DNA from: Okamejei kenojei
Lineage: Eukaryota
Length of the DNA stretch: 64,000 nucleotides
Assembly: GCA_035221665.1 (NCBI GenBank)
Contig: CM069150.1
Coordinates: 36,146,001-36,210,000, forward strand
Reading direction: 5' to 3'
The translations under genes were made by a program, and so were the position numbers. Below are positions 50,600-63,269 of the stretch, piece after piece (position 1 is the stretch's first letter; every line of letters starts with the position of its first letter). The notes beneath the pieces were generated by a model, which saw nothing but the letters and a program-made list of their open reading frames with translations, did no database searches and was not told the origin of the DNA.

Positions 50600-50965
50600 A
50601 CGGCCTCGGCAAGGCCACCAGTATAATCAAGGACCAGTCCAACCCTGGTCACTCCTTCTGCCCTCCCAACAGGCAAGAGGTACAGGAGATTGAAAATGCG
50701 CACCTCCAGATTCAAGGACAGTTTCTTGCCAGCTGTTATCAGGCAACTGAACCGTCCAGTCAGCAACTATCCTGACCTCCCATCTAGATCATTGGAGACC
50801 TTTTATTGGACTTTACTGAACTTTCTCTTGCACTAAACGTTGTCCTGCATCTGTACACTGTGGACTGCTTGATTTTAAGTATGAATAGTCTTTCCGCTGA
50901 CTGGAAAGCTCACAATAAAACACTTTTCACTGTACCTTGGTACACGTGACAATAATAAGCTAAAC
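50600..50965 (+). mobile_element. Rex1/Babar LINE 3' fragment
   Basis: KATSIIKDQSNPGHS...GKRYR...TSRFKDSF (frameshifted); GACAATAA tail. Confidence 0.8.
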
Positions 50966-51271
50966 AGAAATGCTTTTGTGGTTTTCCATATGCAACAATG
51001 GATTGCAGAGTGCAGGGTATTACAAATAACTGCAGACTGAGAGAAGTGATACACGCAGCAAATGTCCATCAGGTTACGTGGGTAACCCGTGTTGGTGCAG
51101 TCCATGCCCTGATTTAAAGTTACTATTTGGCTGTGAGAGATGCCAACTTTTAGTTCAACCATAAATATTGAGACTTTACCCATTGTTTGTCACCGCGGCA
51201 AGAGAATTTCTCCCTGAAGATTCTAGGAAGATAAGCTCATATTTTTTCCGTCTTCCACCTCCCTCTTGCAG

Positions 51272-51312
51272 TGTGCGCTCCCCTGTGGCCCTGTGCTCGT
51301 TCTTCCAGTCAC
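51272..51312 (+). other. Candidate 41-nt exon (gene unknown)
   Basis: Strong polypyrimidine tract plus CAG acceptor (51242-51271) and a GTAAGA donor at 51313, in non-repeat, CpG-retaining sequence. No homology recognised. Confidence 0.3.
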
Positions 51313-51554
51313 GTAAGAGGATTGTGTCCATGCTTGAAGCAATTATATTTGTTGAAGCATTGAGAAGAGCTAAAATCCCATCTGCATCTACGACTCGCCT
51401 CCCCACAACGTTTCCTAGCATAGAAACAATAATAACAGCACGGTGGAAGCAGCTCAGAACAATCAATCAGCAATGGACATATAGGTAGTTCATGAATGTT
51501 AGAAATAGCACAGGTATTTGGGGGCTCATATTCATACTATTGAGTACAATAAGC

Positions 51555-51872
51555 ATGGTGGCGTAGCATTAGAGCTACTGCCTAACAGCGCCGGAGACCC
51601 GGTTCGATGCTGACTATGGGTGCTTGTCTGTGCAGAGTTGGTATTTCTCCCTGTGACCTGCATCACAGTTTTATCTTGGGTTTTATCCAAGATCTTCAGT
51701 TTCCTCCCACACTCCAAAGACGTACAGGTTTGCAGGTTAATTGACTATGTATAAATGTAATATTGTCCCTCGCATGTGTAGGATAGTGTTAATGAGCGGG
51801 GAACGCTGGTCGGTGCGGACTCAGCGGGCCGAGGGGCCTGTTTCCATGTTGTATCTTTAAACTAAACTAAAC
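51555..51872 (+). mobile_element. HE1-like V-SINE
   Basis: Head, V-domain and tail. Confidence 0.85.
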
Positions 51873-52889
51873 AAAAAAATATAACCAGGACTAGGTCAAC
51901 TGGCCCTTTGTTTAGACCTGCCTCACCATTCAATATGATCATAGCTGATCTCCCGCAAGCCTCAAAGAGCAGTTTGCCACGTTGCTCAGGCCTGCCCCAC
52001 CATTCAATGGGATTCATGTAGGCCTCGAGTCCTCGATCTGTGCCATTTCCCCAAGATCCTCAATTCTCGATCTTTCAAATATTTATCTGTCTCCATCTAA
52101 AAAAATATCTATTGATCCAGCACGCAACACTCTTGGGTATAGAGGATTGCAGAGACTCACTTCTCTCTGAGGGAAGTAATCTCTGATACCTCAATTTTAA
52201 ATGATCGGCCCTTACGTCTGTTGCCCTCACCCCTTGTTCATGATTCTCCCATAAGTTGGCCATCCTGTAAACAAATGAATAAAAGACAATTATTAGTGTT
52301 TAACAATGTATTTGCAATTGAAAAGAAAAACATTGTAAAGTTCTTTGCTTGCACAAGTTTGCATGATGTGCATTAAATGTATCATTTGATTCACATCATC
52401 AGAAAGTATAATGAATGTGGCAATCTGATGTGGTGTCTGAAGAGGGATTTCGACCTGTAACGTTGGCTGTGTAGGAAGGAACTGTAGATGCTGGTTTACA
52501 TCGAAGAAAGACACAAAATGATGAAGTAACACAGTGGGACAGGCAGCGATGTTTCGGGTCTGAAGAAGGGTCTTGACCTGAAATGTCACCTATTCCTTCC
52601 GTCCAGAGATGCTGCCTGTCCAGCTGAGTTATTCCAGCATTTTGTGTCTATCTTCGCTGTAAAATTGTCTGTCAGTTTGAGGCAATGTCCAGACCCGAAA
52701 CATCATCTGCCCATTCCCTTCACAGATGCTACCTGACCCACTGTGTTGCTGCAGCACTTTGCTGTTTGCTCATGATTCCACCATCAGCAGTTTCTTGTGT
52801 CTCCATTTTATAATCTGAAGAAGGGTCTCAACCCAAAACGTCATCCATTCCTTCACTCCAGAGATGTCCCGCTGAGTTACTCCAGCTTT

Positions 52890-52938
<49 letters not shown>
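52890..52938. repeat. (AAGT)n microsatellite tail of a retroelement 3' end nested in a pLTR
   Basis: About 12 AAGT units followed by TTTATTG. The host pLTR (52813-53130) is flanked by a TGTCTCCATTTT duplication. Confidence 0.8.
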
Positions 52939-52939
<1 letters not shown>

Positions 52940-54477
52940 TGTTTATTGGCCAAGTATTCACATACAAGGAATTTGCCTTGGTGCTCTGCCCACAAGTAAC
53001 TACATGACATGCAATGACAGTTACGAATGACTCAGAAAACACTAAACATTAATAATAATAAAACATTAATGATAAAACACTTTTTGTGTCTATCTTCAGT
53101 TTAAACCAGCATCCGCAGTTCCTTCCTCCATGTCTCCATTTTATTGTTCCATTGCGGAGTCTGAAGAAGGGATGTCTGTCCATTCTCCGCTAAGTGCGGA
53201 GGTAACTCAGCGGGTCAGGCAGTATTCTGCAGAAAAAGGATGGGTCACTTTTTGGTTTGGAACCATTCCGTCAGACCTCCAAAGATACTGCATAACTCAC
53301 TGAGTTCCTCCAACACTTTATTTTACTCAAGATTTAAATATCTGCAGCTTCCCGCCTGTCCCCAAGGGATAATTTTATATGTTAGTTGCTAATGTTGCAT
53401 TAGGACTGATGAATCAATGATATTTAATAAGGCGATTTGTGAAAAAAGGCAAATGCAGCAAACATCTAACAGATCAGGCAGCATCTGTTGAGAGAGAGAA
53501 GCAGATGCTTTAGTATTTTGTTCACCATTCATTATTTCAATAAAGCGACCACCCAAAAAAAATAAAACAAGTGCACTCTCCACAAATGCTACTTGACTTC
53601 ATGAACCTTTTCAATATTTTCGGCTTTTAATTCAAAGGTCTGACATTTGCCAATTTTTGCTTTATATTAAACTACCAGGTCTATTATTTTAATCTCTTGC
53701 TACTCGTGGACATAATGAAAAGAAACATACTTTTGTACAAAGAAGCAAATTAAAGAACTGCCAAGCAGATTACAAAGTATCCACAGGAGAAACCAAACAT
53801 TACATTTTGTAATAGGAAAATTCAAAGAATCGGCCCTGTGTTTTGAGAAACACAGATCTTTAAAGACTCATGATTATAATGTCTAGTAAAGTATTGTCAT
53901 TCCAGCTGCTATTAAGACTATTCAGTTTATTTCCTAAAGTCTGTATCCAAGTCCTTTGACTGTACATCTGGTATGCAGCCACAGGATATTCAATAGTGTG
54001 GTATTAAATAAAAACCTCTAATTTAATGGTTAGTGACCTCATCGCCCCATTCACTTTTTGTTATTTTTCTGGCTCTATGGTCATATTTATCAAACTTATT
54101 TTGTCAGCTGTTATATCTGGAGTAAGCCAAACAATTACACCATTTATTTCGATATGTTTAACTGGAAAATAAGCAAAGGCCAGTCAAATTCAATGTTTTT
54201 CCCACACATTTGAAAAATAATTCTTCAAATGCATCCTTAATGTCACGCCAACAAAAGACAGAGCCAAATGTGGATTTTTTTTATTCTCCCCCCCCCCCCC
54301 CCACCCCCCTTATTCTCTAAAAATGTTTAAGTATAATTGATTAAAAGGCACAAAGTGCCGGAGGAACTCTGCAGGTCAGGCAGGTTATCTGGAGGACATG
54401 GTTGGGCGACGTTTTAGCTCAGGACCATTCTTTGGATGGGCATGTACGAGATTGATCCCAGGAATTTACACGAACGA

Positions 54478-54949
54478 ACCCCAAGAATGACTGGGTTAAC
54501 ATATGATGAGTGTTTGATGGCACTGGGCCTATGCTTGCTGGAGTTTAGAAGGATGAGGGGAGACCTCATAGAAAATTACCGAATAGTTAAAGGCCTGGAT
54601 AGAGTGAATGGGGAGAGGATGTTTCCACTAATGGGAGAGTCTAGAACCAGAGGCTGTAGCCTCAGAATAGAAGTATGTACCTTTAGAAAGGAGATGAGGA
54701 GGAATGTCTTCAGTCAGAGGGTGGAGAATCTGTGGAATTAATTGCCACAGGTGGCCGTGGAGTGCAAGTCAATGGATATTTTTAAGGCACAGATTGACAG
54801 GTTCTTGATTCGTCAGGGTGTCAGGGGTTATGGGGAGAAGGCAGGAGAATGGGATTAAGAGGGAAAGATAGATCAGCCAGGATTGAATGGCGGAGTAGTC
54901 TTGATGGGCAAATTGGTCTAATTCTGCTCCTTGAACATGAACTTATGAA
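54478..54949 (+). mobile_element. CR1 LINE 3' end
   Basis: ORF 54436..54741 contains LEFRRMRGDLIE...FSQRVENLWN. Confidence 0.88.
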
Positions 54950-55342
54950 CAAAAGTCATTGTCAGTGTTGCATCGAGGTAGCCATCCTCCTCATTTGTGA
55001 TGTCAGAGATCTTGCTTCCATCCTATGGTAGGAAGTGAAGATACTTGTTGATGTTTGAGTTATATTTAGTGCCACTCTCAATCCTCATGTGGGTAACCAT
55101 CAATGTACTCTTGCAAGTAGAAGCTGTTTTTTAATGGCATGTAACACCCATGTCTCTCAATCACCATTTACCAAGTGAACAGACATGCCTGCAAATCAAA
55201 GGATCCACAAACTTAACTAAATGGGCAGAAGAAGATATGTTGGCTGACACCTCCAAAACAGCAAAGTTAATAGAAAAACAATGGCATTAGGAGAGAAATA
55301 AGGAGGTTAAAAAGTGGCAGTAGATATCTTTGGCCGATAATA

Positions 55343-55945
55343 TTAAGGAAACTTCAAGGAGATTTTATGTACATTAAGGGAAAGAAGGTAATTAGAGAGA
55401 GAATGGGCTCCTTCAGAAACCAAAGAGGTCATCTCTGTGTGGAGCCACAAGAGGTGGCCAAGGTCCTCCATGAGTATTTCTCCTCTGTTTTTACCGGAAA
55501 GAAAGAGCTGAAGACTGGGGAACATGGGACAGTAAATGGAGAGGTCTTGAGGACAGCCCGTATTACGGACAAGAAGGTGCTGGATGCCCTCTTACCAATT
55601 GGGTAGAATTATTAGAAGAAGTAATCAAAAAGGTTGATGAGGATAAAGACATAAACATTGTCTATATGGCCGTAAGCACGGCATTTGATGAGGTTCTGCA
55701 TGGTAGGCCTCTCTGGAATGTTAGATTGCATTCTCTAGCCGACTGGATAGAGAAATGGTTTCATGGAAGGAAACAACAGGTGATTGAGGAAGGCTGTTTT
55801 TCAGACTGGAGGCCCCGTGACAAGTGGTGTGCTTCAGTACTGTGCTCATTGCTGTTTGTGGCCAACGATTTGGATGAGAGTGTAGAAGACATGATTAGTA
55901 AATTTGCAGATGACAGTAAAGTCGATAATACTATAGATAGCCAAT
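55343..55945 (+). mobile_element. Degenerate CR1 RT fragment
   Basis: LHEYFSSVFT, AFDEVLHG, ISKFADDSKV. Confidence 0.8.
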
Positions 55946-55973
55946 AGATAGCCAATCTATCAGAGATAGAGTG

Positions 55974-56510
55974 ATCTCTCAGTTGCCAAACATTTTAACT
56001 CCCTTTCCCATTCCCATGCTGACCTTTCTGGCCTGGGCCTCCTCCACTGTCAGAGTGAGGCCAAATGCAAATAGGAGGAACAGCACCTCACATTTCGCTT
56101 GGGCATCTTGCAGCCCAGTGGTATGAACATTGATTTCTCTAACTTCAAGTAACCCTCGCATTCCCTGTCTCTCCGTCCCTCCCCCACCCTTGTCACCGTA
56201 CTAGTTTCACTGTCGTCCTGCTGAGTTTCACTGTTGTCTAGGTCGTTATCACGAAGAATAGAGCCAACAATGGACTATTGTGGGCTGCACTTTTTCTTGA
56301 TCATTGTTACTTTTTACATATCTTTCATTCATATATCTCTCCATATCACGGTCTATATCTCTCGGTCCCCTTTCCCCTGACTCTGAGGCTGATCAAGGGT
56401 CTCGACCCGAAACGTCACCCATTCCTTTACTCCAGAGATGCTGCCTGACTCTCTGAGTTACTCCAGCATTTTGTGTCTATCTTTAGGATGAACCAACATC
56501 TGCAGTTCCT
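55974..56510 (+). mobile_element. Penelope-like element 3' end (EN C-terminus, 3' UTR, pLTR)
   Basis: VAKHFNS...DLSGLGL...EEQHLTFRLG...PSGMNIDFSNFK* ends at 56152; hammerhead-like motif at ~56389. Confidence 0.85.
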
Positions 56511-57606
56511 TTTATAGGAAGGTTTATAGGATGCTGGTTTATACCGAAGATAGACACATAATGACGGAGTATCTCAGTGGGACAGGCAGCATGGGTGACA
56601 TTTTGGGTTGAGACCCATCTTCAGACTGAGAGGGATTCTTCAATCTGCAGTTCCTTCCTACAGATAAAGTCTATACCTCAATGTTTCATTGGTTTCAAAG
56701 CTATTTTTACACAACACAAGGTTACGAAAGGCATTGAATAATTCTATAGGAATTATTTGAGTTCAATGCCATGTATGGAGACTAGTTGGTTATTTTCCAT
56801 TGTCTTTACTCATATGTTCAGAAGTGCAGTCACTTGCTATGTACAAGGCATGCTTTGAATGCATATTGGCAGTAGTATCTTCCTCCTTCCTATCTCCATT
56901 CTGACTTGAGTAGATGCATTTTGTGGATTCAAACAACAAGCAACTGTGAGATCAATCTGAGAAAATATGCTAATCGCAAAGTAAATGTATTTATGAGAAA
57001 ATAAATAAGCCACAAATGTTTGAAAGATAATTGAAATGCTATCTTGCATCATTTTATCAGCACAACGATTTCATAAACAGGAAATCATTGTCATGTTAAA
57101 TATATTAACTCCTTTGATAATGTCAGAAGAGGACATTATTTTTTTTCAAATTCAGCCTGTCTTATGCATATTTTGTGTGGTTAAAAGATGTGTTAGCCGA
57201 TTACAATGGCTGCTCTGCCTGTGCCTTGCACTCAAATTACCAATCTTGTCATACAAAGGGCAGGTGTACACAAACACACATCATTGCAGTTAATATGCAC
57301 AGTGTTTGTTTTCAGTCTCCATTCTTAATGACAGATTTTCTTCATCTCCCTCTCCATCAAGTGACAAAGGTTAGCACCAGAAATTGGAGTGTAATGCTAT
57401 CTGTGTGTGAGAGGCAAAGTGTTGGCACTTCTTGGCCTATCTGCACCTGCCCTCTTTGACATGTTCTCTCGCATAAATATAACAGCTTACAAACTATTAG
57501 GAACCCAATTATTAAAATCTGAAGATATTCCTGAGCCAAAACATCACGTATACACATCAAATCAGTCTCAAGAAGGGACATAGAAGAGTATAGCCAGAAA
57601 CCCGCA

Positions 57607-57866
57607 TTTGATCCTGACTACGGGTGCTGTCTGTGTGGAGTTTGTATGTTCTCCCCGTGACCCGCGTGGGTTTTCATCAAGATCTTCGGTTTCCTTCCAC
57701 ACGCCAAAGACAATCAAGTTTTTTATGTTAATTGGCTTGATAACAGAAAATGTAAATTGTCCCTGGTGGAGGATAGTGTTAATCTGTGGGGTTCACTGGT
57801 CGGTGCAGACTCAGTGGGCTGAAGAGCCTGATTCCACGCTGGATCTCTAAACTAAACTAAACTGAA
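57607..57866 (+). mobile_element. HE1-like SINE
   Basis: V-domain and tail. Confidence 0.8.
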
Positions 57867-58930
57867 CTATTGCGCAAGAATAAGCCCTTCAGCCCGTAAT
57901 GTCTGTGCCAAAGCCTATCCCCACTGCCTGCAGGTGATCTACACCCCTCCATTCCACGCATATCCAATCCCATCAAAACATCCATGTCCTTCAGAGATGC
58001 AGCCTGATCCGCTGAGTTATTCCAGCATTATTACTGCATTCATTACAGTACCTCCTGCAGTCTGAAGCACAAGCAGTGACATTAAAAGCGCCGCTACAGA
58101 TAATGTTCGTCACTGAATATAAAGTTGCATTTTCCAGGATTTCATATGTCAAGATAAAAAGGAGCTCCAAACAAAATTGCTCTTATCGTGAATTCCTCTT
58201 GTTCATTGTTAGTCAGGCAGGAAGTGTCCAATACAGTCAAAACCATCCCTGTGGAAATCTGATGTAAGCAAATTCCTGACAGTTGAAGTAAACCTTTCTC
58301 CAGCTTTAGCTTTGTATCTAAAAAGGCAGTCAACCGCTGGGACCTTCTTATGAGCTTCTGTTTAAAGCAACTTTTGTGCCGACCCGTAACCATTGTATAT
58401 AATTCACCCCCACTTCTCTCTCCACTTCCTGCTCTCTTTCACTCTGTCATTTATAGTGGGAAGTGGCAATAATGTAAATGCGGCTCCTGTAAGATTATCA
58501 TTCATCTACTTCACACGGTGATTTCCCCTGCAATGGGAGTTTGCTCTCTCTCTCTAGAGCTGCAGCACATATTGCATCAAAAGTACAGTAAAATGCAGCA
58601 TCCAAAAGAGGAAAGGTTAAATATTAACATTTTAAAACTCGATGCCAACAAAGTCAGCAAACTTGCAACTCATTTCTCAGGAATTTGTCGCTACAGTATT
58701 TTACAGGATTTGATCGATGAATATAAAGCCATTTAGCCTCGGAAGGTTAAGTGATGTGAGTTCATTAGTGAACTGGACACAAAAAAATCTAGACAAACTG
58801 CAAATGCAAGAATCTTGAGCAAAACACACAAAGTCATGGAATGACTCAATGGGTCGGGCACCACCTCTGGAGGGAATGGAGAGGCGATATTTCGGCTCAG
58901 GACCCCTCCTCAGCCTGAGGTTCAGTGTGG

Positions 58931-59245
58931 CAGAGGGTCACCTGCACCTCCTCCAACCTCATCTATTGTATCCGCTGCCCTAGATGACAGCTGCTCTACA
59001 TCGGTGAGACCAAGCGTAGGCTTGGCGATCGCTTCTCCCAACACCTCCGCTCGGTTCGCAATAACCAACCTGATCTCCCGGTGGCTCAGCACTTCAACTC
59101 CCCCTCCCATTCCAAATCCAACCTTTCTGTCCTGGGCCTCCTCCAGAGTGAGGACCACCGTAAATTGGAGGAGCAACACCTCATATTTTGCTTGGGCAAT
59201 TTACACCCCAGTGGTATGAACATTGACTTCTCTAATTTCAGGTAG
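58931..59245 (+). pseudogene. GIY-YIG endonuclease domain remnant of a Penelope-like retroelement (one in-frame stop)
   Basis: Manual translation: QRVTCTSSNLIYCIRCPR*QLLYIGETKRRLGDRFSQHLRSV...PVAQHFN...RKLEEQHLIFCLG...GMNIDFSNFR*. Followed by a 3' UTR and pLTR (59332-59428). Not in the ORF track because it lacks a start codon. Confidence 0.9.
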
Positions 59246-60564
59246 TCCCTACTTTCTCCTCCCCTCTGAGCTCTCCCTCAGCCCACTGGCTCCACCTCTT
59301 CCTTTCTTCTTCCCGCCCCCCCACCCTCACATCAGTCTGAAGAAGGGTTTCGACACAAAACGCTGCCTATTTCCTTCGCTCCATAGATGCTGCCTCACCC
59401 GCTGAGTTTATCCAGCATTTTTGTCTACTCCCGATCTGAAATGTGTCTTTCCATTCCCTCCTCGTATGCTGCCTGCCCCGCTGAGTGTACTCCAGCACTT
59501 TGTATTTTGCTACACAAACTATGCTCAGTGGTCTGGTCTCGGCCTGATAAGCAGATAAAAGACTGAGGGCTGCCGAGAACAAAGGGGGATCCAGCGGCAG
59601 GTGGTACCTGCTGCTTCTTACATTAAATCTGAGCCCATATTTCAGTTTGGGCTCGACCCGAAACGTCACCCATTCCATCTCTCCAGAGATGCTGCCTGTC
59701 CCGCTGAGTTTCTCCAGCTTTTTGTGTCTATCTTCAGAATATATGTTCAGAAGGGTTAATGAGTCTAATAGACTGTGCAATGTAAAAAAATATGCAGCGT
59801 TAATGACAGGTCTCATGATCTACTTTACTGATATTAGTTCAGGTCTCTTGCACTGTCTAATTCAATAAATTCTGCAAGCAAGTCTCCCTATGATCTCATT
59901 ATTACTGACTTAAATGATCTTAAAACAACCTCTGCAAACAGTAGGTGGTTAAAGTTAATGTTAATTCTTTACAACCGTCTGAAATTTGTATTGTGAATTT
60001 CTGGCATCAACATTATGATTTCTCATTGAAGCATTTAACTACCAGCCAACAGACAATGTTTGCGTTTAATTGCTGCCTTCCGTAAGGCGGGCCTTTGCTG
60101 TAAGGAAAGAGTCTAGAGCAGAGGCCTGGTTGTAAAATGTTGGATTAGATACTTTCACTGCAAGTTGTTGATGGTGTAGTTTCTGAACATGGAATTAATA
60201 AAGGTCCAATTATTTTAATTCTGACACAACAAGTTATTAGTGTCTGTAAACATGTGTTAATTGGGTAGAACATTGCTTGCCAACGGTGGCTTTGTTTAAA
60301 GATCTGCAGAACAAAAGGCCTGAACCCCCAACAGCTTAAACAAATTCAATATTTACCACCTCAGCTGAATCTCTCTCATACTTTTACACAAATGAAACAA
60401 TCAGTTAATTAATAGTTAATTTACAACAAATGCTTTACAAACCTCTCCTGTTAATTCCACAGTCTTGTGATTGTATTGTATTGTATTTATGGATCAGTGT
60501 TTTGTGAGGCATCCATTCTGATTTCAGCAAAAGAATAGTCACATACAGTACACCATGGACTAGT

Positions 60565-60890
60565 AGATAGACACAAAATGCTGGAGTCACTCAGCGGGAC
60601 AGGCAGCATCTCTGGAGAGATGGAATGGGTGGCGTTTCAGTTCAAGACCCTTCTTCAGACTGAGAGTCAGGAGAGAGGGAAACTAGTGATATGGAAGGGT
60701 AAACTGTGAACATTTACTCTTCCATATCTCTACGTCTCCCTCTCCCCTGAGTCTCAGTCTGAAGAAGGGTCTCGACCCAAAACATCATCTATTCCTTCTC
60801 TCCAGAGTTGCAGCCCGTCCCGCTGAGTTACTCCAACATTTTGTGTCCATCTTCAGTGTAAACCAGCATCTGCTGTTCCTTCCTACACAT
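60565..60890. mobile_element. Palindromic pLTR pair inserted as one unit
   Basis: Perfect 11-bp TSD CATGGACTAGT (60554-60564 / 60891-60901); arms are mutually inverted. Confidence 0.9.
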
Positions 60891-61809
60891 CATGGACTAG
60901 TGTTCAGGCCTTCTTCCCTGTCAGACCTTCCAAGAGTCAAGAGTGTTTTATTGCCATATAAGTCCCAGACAGAACAATGAAATTCTTACTTGTAGCATCA
61001 CAACAGAATATAGTATAGTACCTTGTAAACAATATAATAAATTAAAGAAAAAGTTCAGTATGTATATATACTGTATTGTAGGATAGTGTTAGTGGAGGGG
61101 CATCGCCGGTCAGCCAGGTGTCAGTGGGCCGAAGGGCCTGTTTCCACACTGTATCCCTAAGAGATGTAATTAAAACTAAGAACTAAAACTAGATGGCCAG
61201 TGACAAATAACTCTTCCTCTGATTAATCTTATGCTGAGGGCAAGGCTGATAAGAACACCACTAACTGCATGAGGAGATTTCTGGACATGAATTTAACATT
61301 CCATGTGCAGATAATCCATTGCAGCATTTAAAGACAATAATTCATATGATTGCAAAGATGTTTTGTCTATCTTATTAGCATGGTTTCAAAACACTGGATA
61401 TCTCCAAAGGCATTTCTGAATTTTTATTAAGTAATGTATAGAGTGTTCATTTCCAATCTATGAAATTCAGATGGAAAGCCAGCAGGCTCATCTGCAAGGG
61501 AACTTATTGAAATATTACAAAATTGTTGTTACAGGCCTTTTGAGATCATGATTTTTATGTCCACATTGGAAGAAAACACATACACAATAGATTATGTAAG
61601 CAACATGCCATGTCAGGAAATGTCTTACTGTGACCGATGGTCCCGAACCAAATCGCCACCTCTCCATGTTCTCCAGCAATGCTTTCTGAAGAGGGGATTC
61701 CACCCAAAACATCACCCATTAATTTTCTCCAGAGATGTTGCCTGACCCGTTGAGTTACTCCAGCGTTTTGTGTTTTATTTTGTGTAAAATTGTTCAAGGG
61801 AAGCGCAGC

Positions 61810-62121
61810 TGGGGCAACAAAGTGTGGCAGCAGGCAGAGTTGCTGCCTCATGGCACCAGAGACCCATGTTCGATGCTGACCTCAGGCACCATCTGTGTGT
61901 GGAGTTTGCACGATCCCCCTGTGAACGTGTGGGTTTTCTCCGAGTTTCCTCCCACATACCAAACACATGCAGGTTTATAGGTTAATTGTTCTCTGTAAAT
62001 TGCCTCCAGTGTGCAGGGAGTGTATGAGAAGATGGGATAACATGGAATGAGTATGAATGGGTGATCCATTGGACTGAGTGGCCCAAAGGGCCTGTTTCCA
62101 TGCTGTATCTCTCAAACTAAA
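61810..62121 (+). mobile_element. HE1-like V-SINE (older subfamily)
   Basis: Head and tail match; body similar to 50060-50315. Confidence 0.75.
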
Positions 62122-62403
62122 CGAAAAACAAAATAATTCCAGCATCTGTAGTTCCTTGTATCCATATTAAATTAACGGATTTGTCATATATTAGAATACA
62201 TTATGAACTCACCTTCTGAATTAATAAATCTGAAGAGAAGCCACTTGGGATCAAATGTTTAATTGTAAAGACAATGATGAATTACAGCTCTGACAGCAGG
62301 AATTAATTCCAAACCTTTTGTCAGATACAAGCAACATTCTCATACTAATTCATGTTACAGATCAATGCTGCTGTTAACCCAGTTATTTAATTTGGAGTTT
62401 CTT

Positions 62404-62687
62404 GTGGAAACAGGGCCGTTCGGCCTATCGAGTCCGTGGCAACCAGCGATTCCCGCACACTTGCACTGTCCTACACACAAGAGGGGCTATTTACAATTTT
62501 ATTAAAGCCAATTAACCTACAAACCTGTACGTCTTCGGAGTGTGGGAGGCAACCGGGACGCCCGGAGAAAACCCATGCAGGTCCGGGGAGAACGTACAAA
62601 CTCCATACAGATAGGAACAGTAGTCAAGATCGAACCCGGGTCTCTGGCGCTGTTAGGGTGCAACTGAACTCTACCACTGCGCCACCA
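62404..62687 (-). mobile_element. HE1-like V-SINE
   Basis: A/B boxes and V-domain. Confidence 0.85.
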
Positions 62688-62747
62688 ATATTTCCCAATA
62701 AAGATCATCCTAAAGGTGCCTCAAAGAAGGGCATTCATTTATATGTG

Positions 62748-62877
62748 TTAAAGAAGGAACTGCAGATGCTGGAAAATCGAGGGTACACAAAATGCTGGAG
62801 AAACTTAGCGGGTGCAGCAGCATCTATGGAGCGAAGGAGATAGGCAACGTTTTGGGCTGAAACCCTTCTTCAGACCC
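62748..62877 (-). mobile_element. pLTR mini-insertion
   Basis: 10-bp TSD TTTATATGTG (62738-62747 / 62878-62887); hammerhead-like motif on the minus strand. Confidence 0.8.
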
Positions 62878-63269
62878 TTTATATGTGCTGTGCCTACTTG
62901 TACAATCCACACTTTAGCAGTGGAAATATTCTCTCCATATTAAAAATATCAGCATAAAACTTGTGGAAGTCTCAGCACTTTTGATAAAGAAAACCCAAAG
63001 CTGTTGTCCCTTACTCACTAAATCAATCAGCTTCCATGAGCGAAAGAGGTCTTTTGTTTTTGTAATGCTGTTTCATTCAGCATTAGAACAAGTGTCAACA
63101 AAAGACAGACTTCCTTCCCGTTTCTACTGTTGGACCACTGTAATGTGGCTTCAGGTCGTGTGGGTACAACCCATCCATCTTCTTTCAATCTCCTGGACAC
63201 TACTCAGAGCTTCTCAATGATTCAATAATTAATGATACTTTATTGTATTAAACACAACTTCAAACAAAC

